DNA of 64,000 nucleotides from Promethearchaeati archaeon SRVP18_Atabeyarchaeia-1. Its GTDB lineage: Archaea; Asgardarchaeota; Atabeyarchaeia; Atabeyarchaeales; Atabeyarchaeaceae. The stretch is from assembly GCA_037308085.1 (NCBI GenBank), contig CP147779.1, positions 2,656,001 through 2,720,000 on the forward strand. Reading direction: 5' to 3'. Within the stretch, counting starts at the first letter, position 1. Every line of letters begins with the position of its first letter. The notes under the pieces were generated by a model that saw only the letters and a program-made list of their open reading frames with translations, had not been told where the DNA came from and made no database searches. Below, piece by piece: positions 20,306 through 30,925 of this stretch. The position numbers were made by a program, and so were the translations under genes.

Positions 20306-21706
20306 TCACCCTCCCGAAACCATGGCTTTCTTGATCCGTATCGCACCTCCTCCGCTGCCAACTGGAACATAGTCTTCGCTGCCCTTTCCGCATGTGCCAC
20401 GGGCTATCCCAAAATCTTTGCCCGCAATCTCTATGCCTTTCAGCAAGTCTAATACGCTTCCGGAAAGGCTGACTTCCGTCAGTGGAGTCGTGAGTCGACC
20501 ATGCTCAATCAAATAGCCCTTGTTGGAGGAACACTGTATTCCTCCGCCAAGAGGGTCTTCCATTCCAAAACTGCCATGAACCAGCATGACACCACGACCG
20601 ATGGGTTCTAGGAGCTCGTCAAGTGTTGCGTCCCCTGGGGAGAAGTAAGTATTCGACATTCTTATGAAGTGTTTAGTGAGAAAGCTTTCAGTTCTGCTGC
20701 TACTCGTCAGTTCGCCTTTTAGGGCTGATGCCGTAAGCCGGTCGTGGAGGAACCCCTTCATTATACCTTTGTCGACAAGCACGTTCTCCTTTGCTGGCAC
20801 TCCTTCATCGTCGAAGACGTATGAGCCCCAGCCCCCTGGAAGGGCCGAGGAGTCAATTATAGTTGTCTGCTCCGATGCTACTTCCTTTCCCACTGATTCT
20901 GATAGGTAGGAACGGTCTCTGATTACTTGGTCAGCTTCAAGGCCGTGCCCGAACGATTCATGAGCGATCAATCCAGCCATCTGATTATCAACGACGACGG
21001 GGAACTCGCCACTTGGAGGCGTCTTGGCGTTCAGCAACTCTATTGTGGATTTGACTGTCTTTTCGGCCACGTCCTCAAAGTCGATTCCTTCTATCAACTC
21101 ATATCCGCCCGTGCCGCCAATCGAAGTGTAGTCCGCCTTTATCTTGTCACCTTCTCTGGCAATCGGAAGAAGAAACATGCCTGATCGCGTTACGACCTGC
21201 CTCATAACAGAGCCTTCAGAATTGGCGAACACCCGCTCAATGCGGCTGTCGCTGTACCTCACTTGAGTGTTTATGAGTCTCTTGTCTTTTGCAGAGGCGA
21301 CCTTGTACAGGTTTCTAACTACCTCAAGTTTTTCTTCAAGAGGTACGTTGGCTGGAATCCTCTTAGCTTCGAGTTCTTTGTCGACCTTCTGCGCCGGAAT
21401 TGTCATGAGCTTTATGGGATTCTTAGGCTTCTGAATGGGTTTAATTAGCTTCTTGGCGGTCTGTAGAACTGTCTTCTTGTCAACTTTGTAGCTGCTTGAT
21501 GTGAACCACACGCCGTGCTTGAATGCGCGTAGAAGCATACCTCTAAGGTCCGGTGTGGATATCTGCTCGTCGACTTTGTCCTTTAATATAATGCATTGTG
21601 ACTGGGAATCGTATAGAGCATCCCAATACTCTGCCTTTCCGTCAAGGACGTTTCCAAGATTCTCAAGGACATCATAGACCGATTCGGTTGCTGAATCTCG
21701 ACTCAT
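20306..21706 (-). CDS. tldD: TldD metalloprotease
   Basis: HESFGHGLEAD, FDDEG, IRMSNTY and CGKG motifs. Confidence 0.92.
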   Translation of the reverse strand: MSRDSATESVYDVLENLGNVLDGKAEYWDALYDSQSQCIILKDKVDEQISTPDLRGMLLRAFKHGVWFTSSSYKVDKKTVLQTAKKLIKPIQKPKNPIKLMTIPAQKVDKELEAKRIPANVPLEEKLEVVRNLYKVASAKDKRLINTQVRYSDSRIERVFANSEGSVMRQVVTRSGMFLLPIAREGDKIKADYTSIGGTGGYELIEGIDFEDVAEKTVKSTIELLNAKTPPSGEFPVVVDNQMAGLIAHESFGHGLEADQVIRDRSYLSESVGKEVASEQTTIIDSSALPGGWGSYVFDDEGVPAKENVLVDKGIMKGFLHDRLTASALKGELTSSSRTESFLTKHFIRMSNTYFSPGDATLDELLEPIGRGVMLVHGSFGMEDPLGGGIQCSSNKGYLIEHGRLTTPLTEVSLSGSVLDLLKGIEIAGKDFGIARGTCGKGSEDYVPVGSGGGAIRIKKAMVSGG

Positions 21707-21866
21707 TAGCTGCACCCTCTCTCCAAGAGAGAAACATGTTATGTCTTCAATCATTATCTGCTTAAATACTCGATGGGTTTTCTAACACTATCGTGTGATG
21801 TGACAAGTCATATAGGAATCTGCTTTCCTGCCACAGTCAAGACTTCTGTTTAGGAAGGATGGGAAA

Positions 21867-22895
21867 ATGCCTCCGGCGACTCTTAAGAGGAAACTCTCTG
21901 TAGGCAAAGTCTCGAACGACGTTCTCAAGAAGATAGTTTTCGGGTTGACTGGCGTGCGCAACCCTCGAGTAATAAGTGGTCCTGCGGTCGGAGAAGATGC
22001 TGCTGTCATAGACTATCAGGGTAGGCTCTTGGTAGTCAAGTCAGATCCGATCACGGGGGCAGAGAGTAACGTGGGATGGCTTGCTGTCCACGTTAACGCG
22101 AATGACATCGCAGTTCGAGGAGCCAATCCTCTATTCTACCTCTCGACAATAATACTGCCGGAGAACCTCGATTCAGGGATCTTAGAAGAGATATGCAAAG
22201 GGGTGGACTTGGCCGCGAAGGAGCTGGGCGTGACAGTGGTCGGGGGACACACTGAAGTCACTTCCGCCGTGTCAAGACCCGTGCTGTGTGGAGCAATGAT
22301 AGGTGAGGCCCAGCCAGGAAGAATAATACTATCCAGTGGAGCCAAGGTTGGGGACAGCATCATTGTGACGAAGAGTGTGGCATTGGAAGGAACAGCGATA
22401 ATAGCTACAGACCGGTACAAGGAACTCAAAGGAGTCGTTGGGAGCAGGCTACTTAAATCAGCGCAGGGGTTCTTCAAGTATATCAGCGTTGTCAAAGAAG
22501 CCTTGGTCGCGGCTGAGACTGGTCTAGTTCACTCCATGAAGGATCCGACCGAGGGAGGACTTCTGCAGGCCCTAAACGAAGTAGCTGAAGCCTCAAAGGT
22601 GGGTTATTCCGTTGACGCTGGATTAGTCCCCATTGAGAACGAATCGAGGATCATCTGCGAAGCGCTTCACGTGGATCCTCTGAAACTGATATCAAGTGGC
22701 ATGCTTATTGCAACAATGGATCCGAAAAACGAAGAAATCGTGATAAGGAAGATCCGAGAAGCAGGCGTGAACGCAACCAGAATCGGTGTGATTACGCGCA
22801 GTGGCAGAACGGTGAAGGACTTCTCCGGCCAAACTGAGACCCCGGCCGAATTCGTGAACGAGGAGCTGTGGAGAGCTCTGAAGGCAAAGCCATGA
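21867..22895 (+). CDS. AIR synthase-like (HypE/PurM family) protein
   Basis: GEDAAV, SDPITG, NANDIA, GGHTE and DPTEGG motifs. Confidence 0.88.
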   Translation: MPPATLKRKLSVGKVSNDVLKKIVFGLTGVRNPRVISGPAVGEDAAVIDYQGRLLVVKSDPITGAESNVGWLAVHVNANDIAVRGANPLFYLSTIILPENLDSGILEEICKGVDLAAKELGVTVVGGHTEVTSAVSRPVLCGAMIGEAQPGRIILSSGAKVGDSIIVTKSVALEGTAIIATDRYKELKGVVGSRLLKSAQGFFKYISVVKEALVAAETGLVHSMKDPTEGGLLQALNEVAEASKVGYSVDAGLVPIENESRIICEALHVDPLKLISSGMLIATMDPKNEEIVIRKIREAGVNATRIGVITRSGRTVKDFSGQTETPAEFVNEELWRALKAKP

Positions 22896-23007
22896 GAACG
22901 GCGTGAGCATGATATCATTTTGGTTCCAAAGGGGACCGAAGGTGCTCGCTTGACAAAGGCTTTTATCCCCCAAACTCCGACTTAATTACATAAAGAACTC
23001 TCTCCAG

Positions 23008-24423
23008 GTGAGCGTAATGCCATTTGACAGAAGAAAGAAACCAAATGTCGTACCCAAGGCTCTGTCAGAAAGCGAGATTATTTCACTTCTGAGCGACGTT
23101 ACTCCTGACGAGATCAACGAAGCTCGGCGGACATCGATAGTTCCTCTGTATGACACGATCTTCTTTGAAGGGGATCCGGGAGGGGCAGTGCTTAGGGACA
23201 TAAATGGAGTCGAATACTTGGACTGCACGTCACAGGCATGGACGCTTAACGTGGGTCCCGCTAACCCAGATGTGGTTTATGGCGCATACGTGCAAGCAGC
23301 AAGGTTGAATCACGTCCGGTACGGCTACCCCACAATCCCAAGAATAAAGCTTCTTAACAAGCTTGCCAAGATCGCTCCAGGCGATTTGAAGAAGGTCTGT
23401 TTGAACGCCCAGGGCGGTTCATATGCTATTGAAGCAGCCATGAAACTGGCTATGATAAACAGACCCGAACCCGCTCTATTCGTCACCTTTCTTAGAAGCT
23501 ACCAAGGAAGCACGCTGGCAACGATAGCTGCGAGCTCCTTCATCCGAGAAGGCATTAGATTTCCCGGATTTGGGCTTGACAAGTTCGTCAAGGCGCCTTA
23601 CCCCTATTGTTACAGGTGCCCATATGGTGAGGAGAGCGCTGAACAATGCAACAATGAGTGCCTGTCCACGCTTGAACAACTACTTGATCGAGGAGTCAAT
23701 GTTCCAGTTACTGCTCTAATTGTCGAGCCTATGCAAGGACCAGGAGGGCAAGTTCCGTCTCCTAAGAAGTTTCTTGAAGGTCTTAGAAGAGTCTGCGATG
23801 AAAGAAAGATAGTGCTAATCTTCGATGAGGCTCAGACAGGTTTTGGAAGAATAGGTAGATGGTTTGCGGCTGAGTATTACGGCGTGATGCCCGACATAAT
23901 CTGCTTCACCAAGGCGCTTGGTGGGGGATTCCCGATAGGTGGAATACTTGCAAGCAAGAAGCTCAAGCAAACCTTCCTGACACCAGGCGAGGAACACTCG
24001 ACCTTTGGTTCAAACCCTGTCTCCTTTGCGGCAGCGTGCGTAACTCTGGAAGTCATCGAGAAGCTGAACTTGATGAGGAACGCTGAGGAACAAGGCAAGT
24101 ACTTCACGAAGAGGATCAAAGAGGAATTCATGGAGAAGTACCCAATAATCGGCGACATCAGAGGACCAGGTTTGTTCATCGGAATGGAGATGGTAAAAGA
24201 CCGCAAGACCAAGCAACCCGCTACTATGGAAGCAAACTCGATAGTAGGAGAAGCATTCAAGAGGCACGTAATGTTCGACCTAAGCATGACTGACACGACG
24301 GCCAAGGGAGAAATGATCAGAAACGTAGTGAAGTTCAAACCACCACTGGTCATAACGAGGCAACAGGTAGACCACGCCTTAGAGGTGTTGGAAGAATCAA
24401 TCAAAGTAGTAACGAAGAAGTAG
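23008..24423 (+). CDS. class III PLP aminotransferase
   Basis: IVEPMQG, FDEAQTGFGRIG, PDIICFTKALGGG and HSTFG motifs. Confidence 0.93.
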   Translation: MSVMPFDRRKKPNVVPKALSESEIISLLSDVTPDEINEARRTSIVPLYDTIFFEGDPGGAVLRDINGVEYLDCTSQAWTLNVGPANPDVVYGAYVQAARLNHVRYGYPTIPRIKLLNKLAKIAPGDLKKVCLNAQGGSYAIEAAMKLAMINRPEPALFVTFLRSYQGSTLATIAASSFIREGIRFPGFGLDKFVKAPYPYCYRCPYGEESAEQCNNECLSTLEQLLDRGVNVPVTALIVEPMQGPGGQVPSPKKFLEGLRRVCDERKIVLIFDEAQTGFGRIGRWFAAEYYGVMPDIICFTKALGGGFPIGGILASKKLKQTFLTPGEEHSTFGSNPVSFAAACVTLEVIEKLNLMRNAEEQGKYFTKRIKEEFMEKYPIIGDIRGPGLFIGMEMVKDRKTKQPATMEANSIVGEAFKRHVMFDLSMTDTTAKGEMIRNVVKFKPPLVITRQQVDHALEVLEESIKVVTKK

Positions 24424-24658
24424 ACGGTGGCGTATTCAGAAAGCAGTCTACTTCTTCTGTGTTCTCCAGCTGAGCACGGTCTGGGCCTTGAAGTAGAAAG
24501 GCAGTGAGATCACTCGAATTGATGTTACTTTGTTCCTCTTCATGACGACTACATCTCTATCTGCCGTAAAGCCATGTGGAAAACTGGGAGCGATCTATCT
24601 TACACGTCGCTCTTTCCCAAATACGTACAGCACAATTGAAGAGTCAGGAGGGAAACAA

Positions 24659-25900
24659 ATGACAGAACTACTAGACAGATTCATCAGATATGTTAAGATC
24701 AACACAACAAGCAGGGAGAATGCCAAGGAAATCCCCAGCACAAAAAGGCAGTTTGACCTGGCAAACATTCTGACCGAGGAACTGAAGCAGCTGGGAATCA
24801 AAGACGCGAAAGTTGATGAACACTGTATCGTCACAGCAACACTGCCGTCCAACTTACCGGCCAATGCGAAAACACGGACTCTGATGTTTAACGCCCACCT
24901 AGATACTTCACCAGAAGAGCCAGGAGAAAACGTCAAACCCACCCTTGTTAGGAACTACCGTGGAGGCGAGATCAGGCTTCCAGGAGATGAAGATCTCACA
25001 ATCTCACCGGATGACAGACCGATCTTGAAGGAATACGTCGGACACGACATTGTCACGAGTGACGGAACAACACTCTTGGGTGCCGATGACAAGGCAGGGA
25101 TCGCCGTAATAATGACGGCTGTCTCTACTCTCACTAGAGATCCCTCGCGAAAGCATGGTGCCGTGAAAATCGTTTTTACGCCGGATGAAGAAGTGGGGAC
25201 GGGAATTGAGGCGCTTGATATTGAGGCGCTCAAGTCTGACTATGGCTTCACTGTCGACAATGATGGGCTATATCTTGGCGTCGAGACTTTTAACGCTGCA
25301 CGTGGAACAATCAGAATAGAGGGATTCAATATCCACCCGGGTGAGGCATATGGGAAAATGATCAACTCCATTCGTGTATTGCCAGATGCAATCGAATTGT
25401 TCCCACCAACTATAGCTCCAGAAACCACGAAGGAGCACCAAGGTTACTATCATCCCTATCACGTTGAGGCCTCAGTCAACGAAGCCAAGTTAGTCTTTAT
25501 CCTGAGAGATTTCGACTATAATGAACTGAAGAAGAAAATGGCTACCATCGAAGAAGGCGTCAAGAGTATTCAGCAGAAGTATCCCAAAGCCCGGGTCTCC
25601 CTGAAGCTGGAAGACCAATATCGTAATATGAAAGAGATCCTCGACAAGGTTCCTGAACTAATCGAAACCGCCGAGGAGGCAATCAGAAAGGCCGGGCTGA
25701 AGGTGAGGATCAAACCAATTCGTGGTGGCACCGATGGCGCACGCATGTCCTTCAAAGGGCTACCGACGCCCAACCTATTCTGCGGTTACGTAAATGAACA
25801 TAGCAAAAAGGAGTTCGTTTCAGTGCAGGTCATGGAGAAGGCGGTCGCAACGGTATTGAATATCGTTGACATTTTTGTACAGAAAAGGCAGGGACAATAG
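24659..25900 (+). CDS. pepT: peptidase T (M20B tripeptidase)
   Basis: AHLDTS, SDGTTLLGADDKAG, FTPDEE, HPG and IRGGTDG motifs. Confidence 0.95.
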   Translation: MTELLDRFIRYVKINTTSRENAKEIPSTKRQFDLANILTEELKQLGIKDAKVDEHCIVTATLPSNLPANAKTRTLMFNAHLDTSPEEPGENVKPTLVRNYRGGEIRLPGDEDLTISPDDRPILKEYVGHDIVTSDGTTLLGADDKAGIAVIMTAVSTLTRDPSRKHGAVKIVFTPDEEVGTGIEALDIEALKSDYGFTVDNDGLYLGVETFNAARGTIRIEGFNIHPGEAYGKMINSIRVLPDAIELFPPTIAPETTKEHQGYYHPYHVEASVNEAKLVFILRDFDYNELKKKMATIEEGVKSIQQKYPKARVSLKLEDQYRNMKEILDKVPELIETAEEAIRKAGLKVRIKPIRGGTDGARMSFKGLPTPNLFCGYVNEHSKKEFVSVQVMEKAVATVLNIVDIFVQKRQGQ

Positions 25901-26097
25901 AAACGCGAATGAACTTCCGCTCGTCCCTTGATAACTGGCCTTCCTCCCGGCGCCTTCCATTGTTCTCTGTCAATAGGATGGCGGGATCAAGAACTTGGGC
26001 TGGTCTCGCCCTCTGTCCTGTTGGGATTTAACGCTTCCACTCGAAGGGGAAATGGCAACCTGCCGACTATCTCACTGGTTTGGTCCGGGATGCATTT

Positions 26098-28854
26098 TCA
26101 CTTCTTGAATACTCGAGCGATGAACTTGCGCACTTCCTCAGCTACAATAACGCCGGCGGTGACCAAGAGAAGGTACCCCCAATCTAGAGGGGCAAGAGCA
26201 GTTGTGCTAAAGATGGGCTGTAGCCACGGCAAATATACGATAGCGACTAGGATCCCAACTTGCGTGGCGATTCCTGCTGGGATCCACTTATTGCGCGAAA
26301 ATCCAACACGAAAAGCTGAAACCCTATTGGTGCGACATGAAAGGACATTCGCTACCTGCCCTAGCACTATGCCCGCAAGCGTCATCGTTGTTCCTTTTAT
26401 GTAGGCAAGATTCGATGGGTCTAGCATGGTTCCCCACTGCCACCCACCAGCGCGCCAGGTAGTCAGACACCCATACATCGCCCCCGCAGAAATGACTAGT
26501 CCTACATAGAGAGACCGGAACATGACTTTAGTGTCAAATAGGTGCTGTTTAACGCTCCGCGGTGGGTTATTCATGATTCCAGGTTCGGGGGGTTCCCGAC
26601 TGATTGCGAGGGACGGGAGAACATCGATGAATAGGTCAATCGCCAATACCTGCATTACAAGCAACGGCAACGGAATACCAAGGAATGTGTATAGAAAGTA
26701 GGGGATAAGTTCCGCCCAGTTATGGGAGAAGACGTATATTATGAAGCGCCGGATGTTGTCGTAAATCGCTCGTCCAGACTCAACAGCTTTCACAATGGAC
26801 GCGAAGCTGTCGTCCATGAGCACCAGATCCGCGCTCTCATGGGCGATATCCGTTGCAGACGCGCCCATTGCGACTCCAATATTCGCTTCCTTAAGCGAAG
26901 GTGCGTCGTTCGCACCATCGCCAGTAACTGCTACAATTTCCCCTGCATCTTTGAGTGACTTGACTATCCGGAATTTCTGATTCGGAGTGACTCGAGCAAA
27001 AATGGAATTGCCGTTGCGAACTTGCTCCACTATCTCTCGATCACCGAGCTTGTCCAAGTCTTCACCGCGGAGCATGCGATTGTCTCCTGGCTCTATGATA
27101 CCCACTTCGGTTGCGACGGCTTCTGTCGTGAAGCCAGAGTCTCCCGTTATGACAATAACCTTGATGCCTGCCTGCTTCGCTGTTCGAACCGCAGCTTTTA
27201 CTTCGTAGCGTGGTGGATCATACATTCCAATTAGTCCTAAGAAGACCAAGTCATGTTCCAAGTCTTCCTCTTCGGAGACGGTGGGAGGTTGCAGCTCTCT
27301 CTGGGCGCAAGCGATAATTCGCAGCCCGCTTCGTGCCAGATCCTTGTAGATGTTCTCTATGTAAGAGAGATACTCTGGAGTGATATTTTCCACGCTCCCA
27401 TTCCCGTTAACTACCTTCGTGCACGCGGGAATGACGTTGAAAGGCGCACCTTTAACGCACACAAGTAGCCTGTCCTTGAATCTATGGACAGTTGTTTCAC
27501 GCTTCCGCTCAGCATCAAATGGAACGATGTGGACAATGGGTTTTGGGTCACGTGTGGCCTTGACATCAAGCCCGAATTTCACCGCAGCAATTAGAAGCGC
27601 ACCATCCAGAGCGTCTCCAACAATGGTCCAGCTTCTCTCAGGTTTTGATTTTGGAGGGGGTTCCACCTTCGCCAAGTTGCAGAGTGCAGCCGTTTCAACA
27701 AGCTTATCTAACGCCGGATATTCGCCAGGTTTGATGGTATTGCCCTCATGGGAGAATTCACCATCAGAATGATAACCCAAGCCAGACACATCAAAGACGG
27801 TATTCCCCGCAAACAGCTTCCTGACTGTCATCTCTCCCTTTGTTATGGTTCCCGTCTTATCCATGCAGATAGCTGTGACGCTGCCCAGAGTCTGGACCGC
27901 AGACAGCCTCTTGACCAGCACGTTGCGCCGGGTCATTTCCACCATGTTGATTGCCAGGGCGGAAGATACGGTTAGCTGCAGTCCTTCGGGGACAAGTGAG
28001 ACCATTACCCCGATCATGAAGAGGATACCTGTATAGAGTTGGAGCTGCAACCATACCAGCCCAATGACAAGAAAGGCTATCCCAACAAATATGCCAAGGA
28101 AGAAATCCCATTTGGCAGTCGCAGCGATCTCCTTTTCCAATGGACTTGGGGGATCCTTGATTTTCAGGGTCATCCCTGCGATTTCACCGAACTTGGTGCT
28201 TGCCCCGGTTGCAAAGACGACTGCCTTTCCGTGACCACGCACGATACCTGTGCTCATGAAGACCAGATTCGGCGCATCAAGGTATGAGATGTTCTGGTCG
28301 TCCGCTGCGCTGGCGGTACGAGGTTGCGGCTCGGCTTCCCCCGTAAGAGGGATATTGTTTACCCATATGTCGTGGGATTCCAAGAGGCGGGCGTCGGCAG
28401 GAACCCGGTCTCCCTGATCAAGCGATATCACGTCGCCGGGCACCAAATCCCGCGCCGATATTTTCTGGAGGCGTCCATCGCGGAGTGCTTTCGCTGATTC
28501 GGGTACCCAGTTCTTCAGTGCATCCATCGCCTTTTCCGCCCGTACCTCCTGCAAGACGCTAACATAGGAGTTCACTATGACGATTGCTAGTATCACTGCA
28601 CCGACTACCGGTGCCCCACTAATGAATGACAGAGCACTTGCAGCTAGTAGTAGAACGCTGAACCCGTCTCTCAGATAAGAGAAGAATCGCGCAAAGGAAA
28701 TGTGAGTTACCTGCTGTGGGATCTCATTCGGTCCATGTTCAGCCAAGCGCCTGCAAGCTTCCCCTGATGCAAGACCTTCTATCGAGGTACCTAACGAGGC
28801 TAATACCTCTTCTGAGGGAGGGGTGATGTATGGCTTCACAGGTCTCACACTCAC
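26098..28854 (-). CDS. P-type (P2) cation-transporting ATPase
   Basis: TGEA, PEGL, DKTGT, KGAP, TGD and GDGANDAP motifs. Confidence 0.95.
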   Translation of the reverse strand: MSVRPVKPYITPPSEEVLASLGTSIEGLASGEACRRLAEHGPNEIPQQVTHISFARFFSYLRDGFSVLLLAASALSFISGAPVVGAVILAIVIVNSYVSVLQEVRAEKAMDALKNWVPESAKALRDGRLQKISARDLVPGDVISLDQGDRVPADARLLESHDIWVNNIPLTGEAEPQPRTASAADDQNISYLDAPNLVFMSTGIVRGHGKAVVFATGASTKFGEIAGMTLKIKDPPSPLEKEIAATAKWDFFLGIFVGIAFLVIGLVWLQLQLYTGILFMIGVMVSLVPEGLQLTVSSALAINMVEMTRRNVLVKRLSAVQTLGSVTAICMDKTGTITKGEMTVRKLFAGNTVFDVSGLGYHSDGEFSHEGNTIKPGEYPALDKLVETAALCNLAKVEPPPKSKPERSWTIVGDALDGALLIAAVKFGLDVKATRDPKPIVHIVPFDAERKRETTVHRFKDRLLVCVKGAPFNVIPACTKVVNGNGSVENITPEYLSYIENIYKDLARSGLRIIACAQRELQPPTVSEEEDLEHDLVFLGLIGMYDPPRYEVKAAVRTAKQAGIKVIVITGDSGFTTEAVATEVGIIEPGDNRMLRGEDLDKLGDREIVEQVRNGNSIFARVTPNQKFRIVKSLKDAGEIVAVTGDGANDAPSLKEANIGVAMGASATDIAHESADLVLMDDSFASIVKAVESGRAIYDNIRRFIIYVFSHNWAELIPYFLYTFLGIPLPLLVMQVLAIDLFIDVLPSLAISREPPEPGIMNNPPRSVKQHLFDTKVMFRSLYVGLVISAGAMYGCLTTWRAGGWQWGTMLDPSNLAYIKGTTMTLAGIVLGQVANVLSCRTNRVSAFRVGFSRNKWIPAGIATQVGILVAIVYLPWLQPIFSTTALAPLDWGYLLLVTAGVIVAEEVRKFIARVFKK

Positions 28855-29453
28855 AAATCGTAGTGCAGTCGGCCATGGCGGGAAGCCTTTGGATCCGACT
28901 CAATTCCAGGTCACTCTAGTGGACAGTCATCTGGGCGGAGAACTAGCGGATTCAGTCCTGAATAACAGGATATTATTCCCATCTAGAAGACCTCGGAGCT
29001 TCAGTGATTCAAGACGATATATATCTTTCCCCAGCAGGGGTTCCAAGGCAGCTGGGCTTCGGATCTATTTGTTACTGGAAGCCGCGATTGCCAACAGACT
29101 GCCGAGTTGGATAAGGATAGAAAGGAAGTTGAGGAACTTGCTAGCCTATAAACACGAGGCCGCGTACGACGGTTTCTTCGCGCGCTCGTTGTGGGTCCTT
29201 ATCCTCTCGTAGTTCGCGACGTTCCCTAGAACGGCCGACTGCTTTGAGTGCCTGCATACCCAATCTAAGCTTCCTTTCACATAGAAACGCACCATATGAA
29301 AGCACGTCAACCGTAGAGGTAACAGAACGTTTTCAGTCAAGTATTTAAGGAATCGTCGGAACCCATCTCTATGGGGCGCGGGCTAGCACTCTGCGTTTCG
29401 TCAAGCTCATCAGAGAACAATGAGTTCAGCGACGCGAGGAAGGGAGCAAAGAT

Positions 29454-30584
29454 ATGGTCGTCTACAAGAAGCGCCACACGATTTTGAGGCTCAGATTGGC
29501 TGTAGCTGCGAGCAGATACCACTTGCTCGTGGTCGTTATCTTCTTCTTCCTCGGATTCCTGTACTTCTATCTTTCCCACCCAGACTGGTCGCCTTCTCTC
29601 TGGACTGATGCAACGCTACTCACTTTCAATGATACGATCATGATGGATCGTCTTGCTTCTGTGTACTATATTATTGGCACTGCGGTAATCTTCCAAGGGG
29701 TTCTAGCAGTTGTCCTGAATCGGATGCAGCAAGCCTCCAATCCTGAGAGATTGGCTGAGATCCTTGCTCATAGGGCAGTCGATCACGCCATCATCATCGG
29801 ATACGGACACCTTGGAGAGCGGATCTTTGAGTGGTTTGCTAAGGAGGGGCGCAGTGTCGTCGTTGTCGAGAAGGATTCCACAAAAGTGCTGGAACTAATC
29901 CATCAAGCCGTCCCAGTCGTGGTTGCTGATGCTTCTGCTGAAGGTGTTCTTGAGGAGACCAACGTAAAACATGCCCACGATGTTGTGCAGACTTTCAACG
30001 ATGTTCGGACCGCCCTAATCCTGGCTCACCGAGTCCACACCTTGAACCCCAACTGCGAGCTCCATGCTCGCTGCCACGACGACAAGGTTCAGAAGGTTCT
30101 CGAGAATCTTGGTGCAAAACCCTTTTCCACTGATTCCTGGATCGTGGACAAGCTTAGGGCGGAACTGCCGCGTTCAGACGCCAAGGTTGCCCTGGTAGGC
30201 TACAACGATATCGCCAAAAGGTTCATTTCGTGGTTCCAAGAGGTGCACCGCCCTTTCATCTTAGTTGAAAGGGATCCCGCTGTCGCGGATCTGGTGCGGG
30301 AGAGAGAGTTGCCAATTGCGAAGGGGTATGCTACTGATATTGATTTCCTTCGCGACCAAGGCATTGGGGAATGCGAAGTCGCATTAATCTGCATTGAATA
30401 CAAAGTCGAGGACATAATTACCATCGTGAGTAATCTGCTCAGCCTGAATCAAAAAAAGCCCATTCTGGTGTATGCCCGGGTTTTCGATGATGAGATTGCA
30501 CAGGTAATCGAGAGCATGGGAGGTCACACGTTTTCCTCCTCGCGATTTGCCTTCTCGAAGTTGATGCATGAAATCAGCGAATAG
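29454..30584 (+). CDS. membrane protein with two RCK/TrkA-N domains (K+ channel-like)
   Basis: 2 TM segments then IIGYGHLG and LVGYNDIA Rossmann-like domains; no clear GYG selectivity filter. Confidence 0.75.
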   Translation: MVVYKKRHTILRLRLAVAASRYHLLVVVIFFFLGFLYFYLSHPDWSPSLWTDATLLTFNDTIMMDRLASVYYIIGTAVIFQGVLAVVLNRMQQASNPERLAEILAHRAVDHAIIIGYGHLGERIFEWFAKEGRSVVVVEKDSTKVLELIHQAVPVVVADASAEGVLEETNVKHAHDVVQTFNDVRTALILAHRVHTLNPNCELHARCHDDKVQKVLENLGAKPFSTDSWIVDKLRAELPRSDAKVALVGYNDIAKRFISWFQEVHRPFILVERDPAVADLVRERELPIAKGYATDIDFLRDQGIGECEVALICIEYKVEDIITIVSNLLSLNQKKPILVYARVFDDEIAQVIESMGGHTFSSSRFAFSKLMHEISE

Positions 30585-30925
30585 GCATAGCCCCCTTGCA
30601 GGCTCTACCATCCTGGTTTCGGGGGTTGTTGAACAAGCTATTCGATGCCCCAAGGGAAAGCCGTTGTATTACAGTCCAAAAGAAGAAAGGAGTTTGGCGA
30701 TTCGGAGTTGTCCACCAGTCTTATGAGTTCTCCGCGGTCACGGAATTATGCCGTAGCCACCTGAGACTGGATCTCGAAATAGCTCGATCTGCGACGAGGG
30801 GAAGGTCAAGATCTACTCCTTGAGCATCTAACCTGTAACAAAGTGTTAAATCGGTCGCAATCTGATCTTGATGGCTGACTGACCAGAACGCGGCTTTGGA
30901 TCTGGACACGTTAGGCGACCTTAAA

